Program-made: the position numbers and the translations under genes | Shown: positions 32,164-42,387 of the stretch, piece after piece | How the letters are laid out: each line of letters opens with the position of its first letter | Numbering within the stretch: the stretch's first letter is position 1 | Source: an uncultured virus (IMG/VR IMGVR_UViG_3300044617_000645) | Taxonomy: Duplodnaviria > Heunggongvirae > Uroviricota > Caudoviricetes | Virus record (IMG/VR): IMGVR_UViG_3300044617_000645 | DNA: 64,000 nt | Direction: 5' to 3' (one strand) | Notes under the pieces: generated by a model | The model's database searches: none | What the model saw: only the letters and a program-made list of their open reading frames with translations | Told to the model about the DNA's origin: nothing

Positions 32164-32708
32164 TGTGTATTTATTTGAACATCCCACAATTCTGTGAAAA
32201 TACTCATAAAATAATCAAAACCTAGATTGGCCTCATCTGCTAGATCATTGCTTAGTTTATCATTAAACGCTTTAATCAATCCGGCTCTGTCAGTAAATTG
32301 ATACATGTATCCGTTTCCAGGAACTACCCTAGCCATCAGTTTGCCACCGTATAAGTCACCCATATGTCTGACATATACGTGAGCCATGAGTAATTTAGAG
32401 TTTTCCTTGCTTAGTTTATCTAGATGTGCTAGATATGCTATAGTGCTGGGCATCAAATCACGATCAACTATGATACCTAATTCTTCCATATCTTTACAGA
32501 TAGCATTATATCGGTCTAGATCAGGCATGCCCTCAGTAATACCATGCTCGTTGCTTAAATCTTCTATCTTTTTATAAATGTGTTTGAGTTCATACAGATA
32601 ATCTATATACATCACATCGTTAAACTTGCCCTCAAACATTGTTTGAATCAATGGTAGTTTTTCGATTTCCCTATGTTTAGCCCAAGTAGCATCTTTTAAA
32701 ATAGTCAT
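32160..32708 (-). CDS. Heme oxygenase (biliverdin-producing type)
   Basis: LKDAT...H..IE proximal His; HVYVRHMGDLYGG distal helix. Confidence 0.88.
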   Translation of the reverse strand: MTILKDATWAKHREIEKLPLIQTMFEGKFNDVMYIDYLYELKHIYKKIEDLSNEHGITEGMPDLDRYNAICKDMEELGIIVDRDLMPSTIAYLAHLDKLSKENSKLLMAHVYVRHMGDLYGGKLMARVVPGNGYMYQFTDRAGLIKAFNDKLSNDLADEANLGFDYFMSIFTELWDVQINTQ

Positions 32709-32734
32709 ATATTAACGCCTCATCAGTATTTAGT

Positions 32735-33682
32735 TCAAATTCCGGACTTAGGAATAGTTTTCGGGCGTGTTAAACTATAATCTGCTATGTCTATATCTGC
32801 CCTATCACATAATTGTATTTTCATCTCAGTAGGCAAACTTAGCCACTCAGTGGTCCTCCTCTGCTTAGGTACTGATTTTGTATGCCCCGCATCCTCATCA
32901 GATATTTTAGGTATCTCAAATTCATTGGACCCTTCTTTGAAAATAATATCATTGGGTCTTATTATTTTTCCAGTGACAACATTACCAGTGTAACCATAGA
33001 ACAATTGATTTCTAGATTGAATATATCCCATGTTCTGATGCGGATCCCAATTCATGAATTGAGGTATTATCGTGTCAGTATGATGAGGGTCAAAAAATCT
33101 TGTTCCATAAATGTCTGCTGCTAATTTCCCTGCGATCCAATTAAAATCGTTGACGAAATAATTTTCAGTTCTTGATGCTATATGTTGCCATTCACTTTTG
33201 TTGCCATAGTTCTGATTCAATATATCCATGTTACCCAATTCATCTAATTTTTTTGCAAAATCTTGCGGTTTGATGTTTACGGTAGTGCGATATATTATGT
33301 CAGGTCTTATGAATGTGACCGTCTTGTACTCTATTTTATGGTCAATTTCATATCTTCTTTTTGCAGTAGACATGATATGATCTAGATAGGCTAGTCTCCA
33401 ATAATTTACAGCGTTTTGACTAAAAACAGTTGCGCCGTTGCGATCATTCATTACTGACATCGCATTGAATTTTTTATAAGTATCTTCATTCTCTATGTGT
33501 AACATTTTTACATTACACCCATTGAAATCTTCTTTTAATTGCTCAGGTGCTCTAGTATTAGACTTCCAGAAGCAGATATACCAATCTGGCATACCCCATG
33601 CTGAATTATGAAATTCAATGATATCTTTCTTTACAAAGTTCCAAGTTCTAAGAGAACCTCGTATGAATATTGCGTGTTTCAT
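32735..33682 (-). CDS. Hypothetical protein, possibly glycan-modifying
   Basis: AI...G..RT and IRPDI patterns; located in a sugar-nucleotide cluster. Confidence 0.45.
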   Translation of the reverse strand: MKHAIFIRGSLRTWNFVKKDIIEFHNSAWGMPDWYICFWKSNTRAPEQLKEDFNGCNVKMLHIENEDTYKKFNAMSVMNDRNGATVFSQNAVNYWRLAYLDHIMSTAKRRYEIDHKIEYKTVTFIRPDIIYRTTVNIKPQDFAKKLDELGNMDILNQNYGNKSEWQHIASRTENYFVNDFNWIAGKLAADIYGTRFFDPHHTDTIIPQFMNWDPHQNMGYIQSRNQLFYGYTGNVVTGKIIRPNDIIFKEGSNEFEIPKISDEDAGHTKSVPKQRRTTEWLSLPTEMKIQLCDRADIDIADYSLTRPKTIPKSGI

Positions 33683-34137
33683 TTTGGCAGTATGTAAAGT
33701 TTTAAATTAAGACGCATCGCCCACCATATGAATTTGCGTGTGTTATCCGTTCGAGGATAGATAGTTCGTTGCGGCAGAACATCTTTTAATTTAGATACAG
33801 ATGCAGCCCACTTAATGATAGCTCGGGGGTTTCCGGCTATCCAGTTAACTGAATTCGAGTCTTTCACCAATACTTCGTCACCGCGAAAGTCTTTGGTGTA
33901 TCTGTATACATCAAGAAAATTTGAGTCTAATTTTTCCCATATGAGTACTACGCTATTGCAAGGAGTATCAGTCCATACTAACAATCTATCTATGAGTAGT
34001 CTTTCTAGTTCAAGTCCTAGTACCGTGATCCTGTCATATAGACTATCATATTGTTGCAGATCATGGTAAATGATCTCTATATCATTTGCGTCACGTATGT
34101 GTTCTACTGTTTTTGGATCTGACGTTATACAAATCAT
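33679..34137 (-). CDS. Hypothetical protein
   Basis: ORF coupled on both sides. Confidence 0.65.
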   Translation of the reverse strand: MICITSDPKTVEHIRDANDIEIIYHDLQQYDSLYDRITVLGLELERLLIDRLLVWTDTPCNSVVLIWEKLDSNFLDVYRYTKDFRGDEVLVKDSNSVNWIAGNPRAIIKWAASVSKLKDVLPQRTIYPRTDNTRKFIWWAMRLNLKLYILPK

Positions 34138-35516
34138 GAATTTTTCTCATAATTGTCTAAAAAATATTGAAGATCACCGGGCGTTCCTAACCCCCACATC
34201 TTGTCTATGTGCTTGATCTTTATCTTTTTATTGTCTTGTATCGCTTCATTGAATACCGGACATACGTAAAATTCGTTGTTTGTTCTTATATTCTTTTCTA
34301 TCATAGATGTAGCATATTTGACATAATCGCTTCCATGCTTCCAGTAATATACACCACATGTAGCATTTGAAGATATTGGTTTCTTTTCTGCTACTTCGCA
34401 CACTAGGCCGTCGTCACCTAATTTAGCAAAAGACCATTTAGGGTGAGTCGATTCAAATGTCAATATACCGCCGTCTATGCTGTCAGCAGAGAACGCATAC
34501 ATGCAATCATTAGCACTCCACTCTAAAAACTGATCTGCATTAGATATCAATAATGGATTAGAATTATTGATCAACTCTTTAGCCATTAGTGTCGTACAAG
34601 CAGCACCTTCGGTGACACCGTCTATCTGTATGATATCGCATCCCGGACTTATTAGGCTTAACACTTGTTTCAGATTGTATTTTTCATAGTGTTCTTTTTG
34701 AACGATGAAGATGTAGTGTGCTTCTATGTTTAAATTTTCGACAACTACTTGTATCATTGGTTTATTGTTGACTTCGATCAGTGGCTTGGGAAATATGTAT
34801 CCTGCATCTGCAAATCTGCTACCTAATCCTGCCATAGGAACTAATACATTCAAGGTACTGTCGCGCCATGGCACGCTATTGATAGATTGAGTCTTGTTGT
34901 CTATCTTTTGAACTTCATTTAATATCATATCTAGGTTTATTGATGTGCTATTTTCAACGGCTAACAGATTTGCCCCGCTGTTTAACGCAGCAGTCCTACC
35001 CACATGACTATCTTCTATTATCAATGTTTCAAGAGCCGTTGTATTTAACCTTTTCATACACTGCCAGAAGATTTCGGGATAAGGTTTAGGTCTGGATACG
35101 TCTTCGTTGCTTAAGAATACGTCAACATATTCAAGCACCCCTAATCTTAATAAAGATATCTTCACTGAATTTCTAATGCTATTGGAGCATACTCCTATCT
35201 GATATCCTTTAGACTTTAGAGTAGAGAATATGTTTATCAACCTATCATCTATAGTTAACATGTCAAGTACATCAATAGTCGCTTTTTGTTTTTCACGCCA
35301 TATGAAGTCAAAATGCTTAGGATCTAGATTTTTTTCTTTGTTTAGTATCTGTAACTTCTTAGTAGTGCTTAGTCCATCATATTTTGCTAGATGTTCATTT
35401 TTAGATATAACTAAGGAGGGGTCTATCTTTTCGATAGCACTATTCAATGTATCGTAGTGCATCTCTCTGCTGTCTATCAATACACCATCTAAATCAAATA
35501 TTATACATTTTATCAT
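34134..35516 (-). CDS. HAD phosphatase fused to a sugar-phosphate nucleotidyltransferase
   Basis: FDLDGVL, KPYP, IEDS; then PMAGLGSRF...PKPLI, EKKP, GLGTP. Confidence 0.88.
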   Translation of the reverse strand: MIKCIIFDLDGVLIDSREMHYDTLNSAIEKIDPSLVISKNEHLAKYDGLSTTKKLQILNKEKNLDPKHFDFIWREKQKATIDVLDMLTIDDRLINIFSTLKSKGYQIGVCSNSIRNSVKISLLRLGVLEYVDVFLSNEDVSRPKPYPEIFWQCMKRLNTTALETLIIEDSHVGRTAALNSGANLLAVENSTSINLDMILNEVQKIDNKTQSINSVPWRDSTLNVLVPMAGLGSRFADAGYIFPKPLIEVNNKPMIQVVVENLNIEAHYIFIVQKEHYEKYNLKQVLSLISPGCDIIQIDGVTEGAACTTLMAKELINNSNPLLISNADQFLEWSANDCMYAFSADSIDGGILTFESTHPKWSFAKLGDDGLVCEVAEKKPISSNATCGVYYWKHGSDYVKYATSMIEKNIRTNNEFYVCPVFNEAIQDNKKIKIKHIDKMWGLGTPGDLQYFLDNYEKNS

Positions 35517-35953
35517 TTTATCAATGCCACATAGTCGCTGCATATTCCATAACAATTTGCATCTTTAGCATTTCGCAGTTCTCCGTCATGCCAATTTGGC
35601 ATCACGCATATGCTATGATCAGTCAAACGATTGTTAGGGTATGTCCATATATATCCATGGCTGGTCAATGTGAAGTGATCTTCTTGATGCCAAAAATAGT
35701 TAAGTTCAGTTTTTGATAGTTGATATAATGCATCGATGTTCTTTGCATGTATCCAAAGACCGGGCTTTGAAAGAAATGATATATCTGTTTGATATAACGG
35801 CATGTCATGCCCTAGGTACCAGACATCGTTTATATACCATACGTCAACTTCAACATCAAAACCTTTGTGTAATGCAATTGTTATTTGCATTTTAGAATTT
35901 TCTATATCAGGATTAGGGCCGTTAGTAAGACCTCTATGCGCTATTAATTTCAT
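35513..35953 (-). CDS. GDPD/PI-PLC-like phosphodiesterase-fold protein
   Basis: IAHRG, EN, EVDV, LGHD, GICSD. Confidence 0.75.
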   Translation of the reverse strand: MKLIAHRGLTNGPNPDIENSKMQITIALHKGFDVEVDVWYINDVWYLGHDMPLYQTDISFLSKPGLWIHAKNIDALYQLSKTELNYFWHQEDHFTLTSHGYIWTYPNNRLTDHSICVMPNWHDGELRNAKDANCYGICSDYVALIK

Positions 35954-35963
35954 GTTTCCTCAC

Positions 35964-36512
35964 TTATAAACTTTGACCCCAACGTGTGGATATTCTGTTC
36001 CAATCTATGATTTTCCATAATTGTTTTAGATATTCTTTCTTATCACTACCATAATCTAGTATCCACGCATGTTCCCACCAGTCCACCAATAGAAGTATGT
36101 CATTTTTAACTTCGTGATTAGTTATAGTTTTTATGGATCCGTCAGTAGAAAGATATGCCCATCCGGATCCTTGTATTTTCATAGCAGTTTCTTCGAACTT
36201 TTGCTGAAACTCACCGTAAGTTCCGTAATGTTTTTCTATAAAATTAGCGATAGGTCCATTGGGTTTATTGATGACCCTTGCTTCACGGAATTGTTCGAAC
36301 CAAATATTATGCAAGAACACTCCTGCATAGTTAAAATCCCTATCCCCTTCTTTGTTGTTATAACGTTTAGCATAACCCTTTGCTAGTTTGTTATAATGAA
36401 GGTCAACGGTATCATCGCTCATCACAGGTTTAACATCTTTCCTTGTGAATTTGAGCGGGAATATTTCTATGTCTTTCGGTTTCCCTTCAAGCAGTGGTAT
36501 TAATGATAGCAT
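35964..36512 (-). CDS. sod: Fe/Mn superoxide dismutase
   Basis: LHY...Y, LHN..F, GSGW, DWWEHAW; start inferred after TAAATA. Confidence 0.88.
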   Translation of the reverse strand: MLSLIPLLEGKPKDIEIFPLKFTRKDVKPVMSDDTVDLHYNKLAKGYAKRYNNKEGDRDFNYAGVFLHNIWFEQFREARVINKPNGPIANFIEKHYGTYGEFQQKFEETAMKIQGSGWAYLSTDGSIKTITNHEVKNDILLLVDWWEHAWILDYGSDKKEYLKQLWKIIDWNRISTRWGQSL

Positions 36513-37164
36513 TCTGATATTTATCGCGTATAATATCAGCACATAATCTATGCGTATCTACACCATAATGCTTGCCGTCAGCGGCATAATCAAGTCTGTC
36601 TATACGTATAGTCCTATGATCATAGGACTTGGTTGGGCCGAAAACTAATCGTATACAGGGAATGTCAATATACATAGACAACAACTTGTTTAACGTGAAG
36701 TTCCTGAACAAAAACATTCCCGATTCTTGTCCTTGGGTTATGAATTCTAAATCTTTGTCAGTCTTTCTCCATGGCCCGTATGGAACTACTAATGCAGATT
36801 CGCTCATCAATGTAGAGAATCTAGACTGATCCGGATATTGCAATACTAACAATTTGGGTTTAGGATAGGTGTGTAACCAGGTCATGACGTTGTAAAACAA
36901 TACGTCAAACCCGCTAGCGGGAATACCTAGATTGTAATAATCGCACTGTAGTTCTTGCGCAGTAATATAAGGGTAAGTATCAGGAAAATCAAGTCCTTCA
37001 CCCTCAGTATGACTACATCCTGCAAATAGTATATAGTTATTTAAATCTATCTGGTCTACATCTTTACATCTATGACCAAAATTATTATATTTGAATATAA
37101 TCCCGTCTTTGACAAGAGCATCATTGGGTCGATCATATCCTATGAAATTCTTGTTGAATTTCAT
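36487..37164 (-). CDS. SGNH-like hydrolase-fold protein
   Basis: N..G.R, AGCSHTEG, NLG, DGKHYG. Confidence 0.65.
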   Translation of the reverse strand: MKFNKNFIGYDRPNDALVKDGIIFKYNNFGHRCKDVDQIDLNNYILFAGCSHTEGEGLDFPDTYPYITAQELQCDYYNLGIPASGFDVLFYNVMTWLHTYPKPKLLVLQYPDQSRFSTLMSESALVVPYGPWRKTDKDLEFITQGQESGMFLFRNFTLNKLLSMYIDIPCIRLVFGPTKSYDHRTIRIDRLDYAADGKHYGVDTHRLCADIIRDKYQNAIINTTA

Positions 37165-37379
37165 TATAACCTCCTTACTATTCTTCCCCTAGTAAGGTCA
37201 TAGGGACTGAGTTCTAGTTCTACTTTGTCCCCGTCAAGAATTCTAATTTCATGTTGGCGCATCTTACCCGAAATATAACCTAAGATTTTTTGTCCTCCGG
37301 TTATCTCTATTCTAAACGTGGCATTGGGTAATGCGTCTACAACGACTCCCTCTATCCTAATAGTACCTTCTTTAGCCAT
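37164..37379 (-). CDS. infA: Translation initiation factor IF-1
   Basis: [29 protein letters not shown]. Confidence 0.96.
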   Translation of the reverse strand: MAKEGTIRIEGVVVDALPNATFRIEITGGQKILGYISGKMRQHEIRILDGDKVELELSPYDLTRGRIVRRL

Positions 37380-37394
37380 AAGCGTGTTTTGATG

Positions 37395-37949
37395 TTACTC
37401 CTCTAGATTGAAATTGAGATCCTTTAGTACTTTGATGTAAAGGTTCTCTCCGGCAGCGACTTGTTCTTTCCAAGTCACATTAGCATTCTCATCTGCCTTG
37501 TCGCTAATGTATTTCCAAATTTCGCATTCTGTGCCTGTTAGTAGACAAGCCTTAGCAATGCTATACGCTTCCATTTCTACAATATCACATTGTATTCGTA
37601 ACTTATGTGGTTCAGTCACAAACAGATCACCGCTAGCGCAGGTCTTGCCCTCACCACCTAGATCAATAAAACTCTTATGATCATTAAGATGTTCGCCGGG
37701 CTTGAGACCTACCGGCTTTAGATTGACATCATGCTGAAGTAATTTGTTAATTCTGTATATACCGTGACCTGCAGTCAATCCGCCAGCAGTACCTAGATTG
37801 ATCACGCGATCTGGATTAAAACGATTTATCAATATTGTTGTATTGATAGCAGCGTTTACCTTCCCCACACCCACACAAAATACATTTCTGTATTTCGCGA
37901 ACAAGGTAGGCGCCTCTTCTCGCATAGCAAACAAAATTATATCATTCAT
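37395..37949 (-). CDS. MTA/SAH nucleosidase-like (PNP/UDP phosphorylase fold)
   Basis: AMREE, GVGKVNAA, GTAG, SGDLF, EME, ISDKA. Confidence 0.85.
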   Translation of the reverse strand: MNDIILFAMREEAPTLFAKYRNVFCVGVGKVNAAINTTILINRFNPDRVINLGTAGGLTAGHGIYRINKLLQHDVNLKPVGLKPGEHLNDHKSFIDLGGEGKTCASGDLFVTEPHKLRIQCDIVEMEAYSIAKACLLTGTECEIWKYISDKADENANVTWKEQVAAGENLYIKVLKDLNFNLEE

Positions 37950-38502
37950 TTATGTTAATTAGATTGACGACCTGGACGCCTAGTTGGTTGAGAAGTTTCT
38001 CACCAGGTAAAAATGTGATGTTGAGTAAAGTTACCACGACCATATCTTTATATTCGATATCTAATCCTTCGTGTAACAACTTGCATATTGCTTCTGCCGT
38101 CCCGCCTGTAGCCAATACATCATCAATTATCATTACTGTACCTGCAGGCTTTTTGATTTTAGCGATCTCTAATGTGTCTGTGCCGTATTCAAGTTGATAT
38201 TCGCGGCTGATTAGTTCCCCGGGCATCTTACCTTTTTTACGCACTACATGTAATGGAATTTGATATTTGAATGCTACAGGTGCAGCCCATAGAAAGCCTC
38301 TAGCGTCAGCGGCAAATATTGTTCTAGCACTGATACTGTCAGCCACTCTACTATACCATACAACACTATTCCAAAATAGATCAGGGTCACGACATATATC
38401 TACAGTATTAAGATAATTCACGCCTTCTTTAGGCCAATCTTTGTATACCTTCAAATTACTTTCAACGTAATTTGATAGAGTTGAGTCGCTAATCCACTTC
38501 AT
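37942..38502 (-). CDS. apt: Adenine phosphoribosyltransferase
   Basis: DWPKEGV, ARGF, RKKGKMP, LEYG, IIDDVLATGGT. Confidence 0.92.
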   Translation of the reverse strand: MKWISDSTLSNYVESNLKVYKDWPKEGVNYLNTVDICRDPDLFWNSVVWYSRVADSISARTIFAADARGFLWAAPVAFKYQIPLHVVRKKGKMPGELISREYQLEYGTDTLEIAKIKKPAGTVMIIDDVLATGGTAEAICKLLHEGLDIEYKDMVVVTLLNITFLPGEKLLNQLGVQVVNLININE

Positions 38503-39092
38503 CGCTTAAGTATATCCCACATCTTTTCTTTTTCGATGAGTTCTTTTTCTAGTTCTTTATAACGCTTGCTCAGTTCTTTGAGTTCTTCCCAACGATCTTC
38601 AAGTTCTGGATTAGGTTTTAGTATAGCAAGACGTTCTTCTAATTTCTCTAATGTATCAGCAATGCTTTTGCCGTTGATCTTAACATCACCTTCAAACTCA
38701 GCATCACCTTTGACTTGTAATGTGCCTTGACGAACGTTTGATAAGTTACCCCAATTAACACCATTAGTACCGGTAGTTAGTATCTGCCCGCTATTAAGAG
38801 TATTAGGTCCTATCGTAATATTGGGTAAAGAAGTCCCGGCGGATGTCACATTATTATAAGTGTAATTATATTGTCCTGATGCTGATGCACCAATAGCACC
38901 AATAGAGAAACTATAGTCATCAGACAATGATATAGTGTCTGTCCCTATAGCACTGATAGTAAGAGCAGGTTGCGCTCCATAGCCGGTAGTATTCATGTTG
39001 TCATCGGTAAAATTTAAACTAAGTTGTGATTCTTCTTTTGATAAATCATCTAACCAACTATTCAGATCTTGTAAACTATTCTTAATAGTCAT
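38499..39092 (-). CDS. Hypothetical protein (low-complexity N-part, C-terminal coiled coil)
   Basis: ORF; start moved to 39092. Confidence 0.7.
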   Translation of the reverse strand: MTIKNSLQDLNSWLDDLSKEESQLSLNFTDDNMNTTGYGAQPALTISAIGTDTISLSDDYSFSIGAIGASASGQYNYTYNNVTSAGTSLPNITIGPNTLNSGQILTTGTNGVNWGNLSNVRQGTLQVKGDAEFEGDVKINGKSIADTLEKLEERLAILKPNPELEDRWEELKELSKRYKELEKELIEKEKMWDILKR

Positions 39093-39093
39093 T

Positions 39094-39276
39094 TTAAGCC
39101 TTTGAAAGATATAGTTCGCCGTTGGGGCCAATCTCTAATTTAATATCATCACCTTCTTTGAGTCCCATCTGTGCGAGTATCGGGGGAGGGATAGGAATAA
39201 TTAGATCACCTGATTCAGGATCTTCCTGTGTGATGACTTCGTACCTTACATTATTCTGTGGTGAATTTTTAGCCAT
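39094..39276 (-). CDS. AbrB/MazE-like DNA-binding protein
   Basis: IPIP..I..MGLKEGD.I; leaderless sigma70 promoter TTGACA-17-TAAAAT (39310-39282). Confidence 0.7.
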   Translation of the reverse strand: MAKNSPQNNVRYEVITQEDPESGDLIIPIPPPILAQMGLKEGDDIKLEIGPNGELYLSKA

Positions 39277-39319
39277 GATTTATTTTACAATATAATATTT
39301 TAGTTGTCAACTACAAAGG

Positions 39320-39940
39320 TCAATCAGTAACCCAATGCGCTAAAAAAATATCTCTATCCCCTTCATACCCCATGGTGATTTTTTTGACCCCGTGACCATA
39401 ATAACCGTTATGCGCTATCAATGAATTCGATAGTGTGTCATATGTTTCTATAGGTTCTTTATCAGTTAGACCTATATCCATGATCCCGCCGTAACTTACA
39501 TCCCATTCAGGATGCATATAGAATATGCTAATCCAAAATTTGCTTGGTGCTATATTCTTAGGACGTATATGTTTATGCCATTCTACAGAAGGTTTGTTAT
39601 GTGTATATGCGCGAACCATATATGGTCTAGGATTCACAAGTCCCTTTTCCTTAAATACACCTTGCGTCTTATACATGATATTGGAGTAGCCCTCACCTAT
39701 ATAAGGAATATAGTCTTCGATGTTGTATCTGTAATTAAAAAATGTGCCCGGCGATACTTCATAATCTGTATTGAGACCGGTACCGCTGTTAACAGGTTCT
39801 AATTTGTCTAATATAGTAGTAGTACCGTCAGAGTTCAAAACTACAGCAGGTTTTTTATCTTTGATCAACGACTTTTTATATGTCTGAAGTTGATCAAATT
39901 CAGACTGTTCTAACAGATTGGTCTTTTGAAAGACAGTCAC
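39320..39940 (-). CDS. 2OG-Fe(II) oxygenase-like protein
   Basis: WHKH, YM..EW...GG, HGV, R; start inferred at GTG 39940. Confidence 0.6.
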   Translation of the reverse strand: MTVFQKTNLLEQSEFDQLQTYKKSLIKDKKPAVVLNSDGTTTILDKLEPVNSGTGLNTDYEVSPGTFFNYRYNIEDYIPYIGEGYSNIMYKTQGVFKEKGLVNPRPYMVRAYTHNKPSVEWHKHIRPKNIAPSKFWISIFYMHPEWDVSYGGIMDIGLTDKEPIETYDTLSNSLIAHNGYYGHGVKKITMGYEGDRDIFLAHWVTD

Positions 39941-39941
39941 C

Positions 39942-40529
39942 TTACCAAGCACGACAACTCCAATATCTTGCTTTCCAGCGCGGACCCGGATTGTCACAAT
40001 TGTGTCGTGCGCGGAAGTTTTTACGGCGTCCTGGGTTGCTCTTTTTGATACGCATCTTCTTGTCACCAAAGTTAACTTTGACAACATTACCTTTAGGACC
40101 TTTAACATAGACTTTAGATTTCTTGACATCACCTGCCATTGGCTTGCCAAGTGGAACTTTGCGTCCCTGATATTCGGCTTCGTCAATCTCGTCTTTCTTT
40201 TCTTCTTTTTCTTTCTTGCGCTGATAAGCAGGCTTATCATAATCTGTCTTATCTACAGGCTTGGTCTTACCGCTTTTGATACGGTTGATAGTAGGCTCAT
40301 CATACTTTTTCCAATCAGTCTCTTCTAAGACCAATCCATGCTCTGCTAATAGTTCAAGGGTCTTATCATCACCCTCAATCAATATTCCATCTTCATTAAT
40401 ATCAACTACACCGGATTCTATCACTAGGTCTTCACCTAATTCAATGTCAAAACTATCATGTAATTCTATTGAGCCCTCTTCTTCGCTCATCTCGTTGATC
40501 AAATCAAGTATATCGCGCATGTTGTTCAT
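39942..40529 (-). CDS. Acidic-N / basic-C phage protein (...RRKNFRARHNC...RYWSCRAW)
   Basis: TAAATA upstream; Cys/His C-terminal domain. Confidence 0.75.
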   Translation of the reverse strand: MNNMRDILDLINEMSEEEGSIELHDSFDIELGEDLVIESGVVDINEDGILIEGDDKTLELLAEHGLVLEETDWKKYDEPTINRIKSGKTKPVDKTDYDKPAYQRKKEKEEKKDEIDEAEYQGRKVPLGKPMAGDVKKSKVYVKGPKGNVVKVNFGDKKMRIKKSNPGRRKNFRARHNCDNPGPRWKARYWSCRAW

Positions 40530-40551
40530 GGTATAATCCCTATCTATACAT

Positions 40552-41130
40552 CTATTTATTCAGGTAGGGGGCGTAAATTTTTTCAAGTTTTGATATGGTG
40601 TGCGCACCTGTATCCGGATCCTCATACTGATCTTCATGCTTGACTGCGATACCGCCCGCTCCCCTCCAAGCATTTAAGTACTTACCATAGTCATCGACAA
40701 GCACGTTTGGGACACCGCCCACAGTAGCATATTTCGCTTTATTCTGTGTGAATATAGCATGTCCGCTACTTCCGCCGTGAAACTCGTCCAACCAATCACG
40801 CTTTGCTTTTACGCTGGCTTGACTATAGGGACCGCGCAAAGGTGCGCTGAGTACTGTATAGGGTATCTTATTCTGCACTAACCATTGTATCACTTGCATA
40901 CCCCCGCTTAATGGGTCTAAATTACGGAAAAACTCATAGACTTCTTGCGGGGTGCTATGTGCTAGTTCGTTGATTTCTTTTTCTTTATCTGCTATGGCTT
41001 TCCAATGCTCTACACCGCTACGTTTAGACCATGCACCGAAAAAGTCTGCCTGCACACCGTCCATATCTAGGTAAAGGTGTGGCATTTTATCTTTCATTTC
41101 TTCTTCTTTCAAAATTTCACTTATACGCAT
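40552..41130 (-). CDS. HAD-family 5'(3')-deoxyribonucleotidase-like protein
   Basis: YLDMDGV.ADF, LSAP, K..W, LVDD, W..AGG. Confidence 0.82.
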   Translation of the reverse strand: MRISEILKEEEMKDKMPHLYLDMDGVQADFFGAWSKRSGVEHWKAIADKEKEINELAHSTPQEVYEFFRNLDPLSGGMQVIQWLVQNKIPYTVLSAPLRGPYSQASVKAKRDWLDEFHGGSSGHAIFTQNKAKYATVGGVPNVLVDDYGKYLNAWRGAGGIAVKHEDQYEDPDTGAHTISKLEKIYAPYLNK

Positions 41131-41134
41131 ATGT

Positions 41135-41419
41135 CTATTTATAGACGTTTTTAAACTTTTCGGGCCGTTTCGGATCAGGTAAATAGTCTTTGTAAGGTAT
41201 AGGACTATTGTCTTTACGTATGTGATCCCAACTCTTCATATCATCTCCGTATTTGATCATGAGATAACTCTGCGCTTCTTCCGGAACAGTATGGCTGATC
41301 AATAATAGATAATATTTCCATCGAATACGTTGTCTAAAATACTTTTTGATAGTATTGTCATTCAATATATCTTCAAATTTGTTATCTTCTCTGTAAAATA
41401 GATAATTCATTTTTTCCAC
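41135..41419 (-). CDS. Hypothetical protein
   Basis: ORF in operon. Confidence 0.55.
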   Translation of the reverse strand: MEKMNYLFYREDNKFEDILNDNTIKKYFRQRIRWKYYLLLISHTVPEEAQSYLMIKYGDDMKSWDHIRKDNSPIPYKDYLPDPKRPEKFKNVYK

Positions 41420-41610
41420 ATTATAAATTTGACGAAATCTTTCTCGTCATCGAATTGAAATTCATATCTACCAGGACTAGTGCCCGGTATGTTGATCATA
41501 TCATAATGCCAATCGCGCTCACAGTTATATTGACACCATTGAACTATCTCTTTAAGAGATCCGAATTCTACATCGACTTCTGTTTTATACGGGATTATGT
41601 TGGTGGACAT
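41407..41610 (-). CDS. Hypothetical protein (WC...W...F.F..EKD...F.MW)
   Basis: ORF in operon. Confidence 0.65.
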   Translation of the reverse strand: MSTNIIPYKTEVDVEFGSLKEIVQWCQYNCERDWHYDMINIPGTSPGRYEFQFDDEKDFVKFIMWKK

Positions 41611-42052
41611 GTACGCCGCTCAGTTCAAGGAACTTTAAACCTGCATCACTACGATACTGATCTCTGTAGTATACAGTATTGATGCCTGATTGATAAATCA
41701 ATTTGGCACATTCGATACATGGTGCATGTGTGCAAAACAATGTAGCATCTTTACTGCTTTCTGTGCTTTGTGCCACCTTAGCAATCGCATTCGTCTCGGC
41801 GTGTAGTACTTCTGCCTTAGTTTTGAGTTGACCAGTTTTTTCTAATCTATTACCTTTTTCAAGATCGCTGACAAGAACTTCTTCTTCGTACTCACAAACA
41901 TTTTCCCAACCGCTTGGCATACCGTTATAGCCAGTAGCAAGTATCTGATTGTCTTTGACGATAACCGCACCAACATTTAATCGTTTAGCATAACTGAGGC
42001 CACTTGTGACCTCAGCAATCTTCATGTAATAATCAATAAACTTTGGTTTCAT
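41585..42052 (-). CDS. dCMP deaminase (CMP/dCMP deaminase family)
   Basis: VGAV, GYNG, HAE.NA, PCIEC. Confidence 0.92.
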   Translation of the reverse strand: MKPKFIDYYMKIAEVTSGLSYAKRLNVGAVIVKDNQILATGYNGMPSGWENVCEYEEEVLVSDLEKGNRLEKTGQLKTKAEVLHAETNAIAKVAQSTESSKDATLFCTHAPCIECAKLIYQSGINTVYYRDQYRSDAGLKFLELSGVHVHQHNPV

Positions 42053-42381
42053 TTCTCTAATAGATCACGCTTGTTGGGCTTGTCTTTCCATTCTGCGTGA
42101 TCAGGCAATGCTTCTTTCTTTTTAGTGATAACTGGCCAACCACTTTGTGAAAGTTCAGTGTTGAGTTGAACCCAAAAGGGTATGTCAGGATAGTTCTTGT
42201 CTGTATCAACTTTGATCGCATCGACCGGGCATTCTGGAATGCATACACCGCAATCGATACATTCATCGGGGTTGATAGCAAGAAAATTAGGTCCCTCATA
42301 AAAGCAGTCGACCGGGCATACGGCTACGCAATCAGTATGCTTACACTTGATACAATTTTCAACTACTACGTGTGTCATCAA
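42049..42381 (-). CDS. fdxA: 7Fe-type ferredoxin
   Basis: [31 protein letters not shown]-terminal W...P.K..LLE extension. Confidence 0.92.
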   Translation of the reverse strand: MMTHVVVENCIKCKHTDCVAVCPVDCFYEGPNFLAINPDECIDCGVCIPECPVDAIKVDTDKNYPDIPFWVQLNTELSQSGWPVITKKKEALPDHAEWKDKPNKRDLLEK

Positions 42382-42387
42382 TAACTC

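Noticed and set aside
39941..40240. 100-codon N-terminal extension of ORF 39320..40240, or a second frameshift
   Set aside because: It overlaps the conserved-looking C-terminus of 39942-40529; a GTG at 39940 follows that stop directly and I saw no canonical slippery heptamer.
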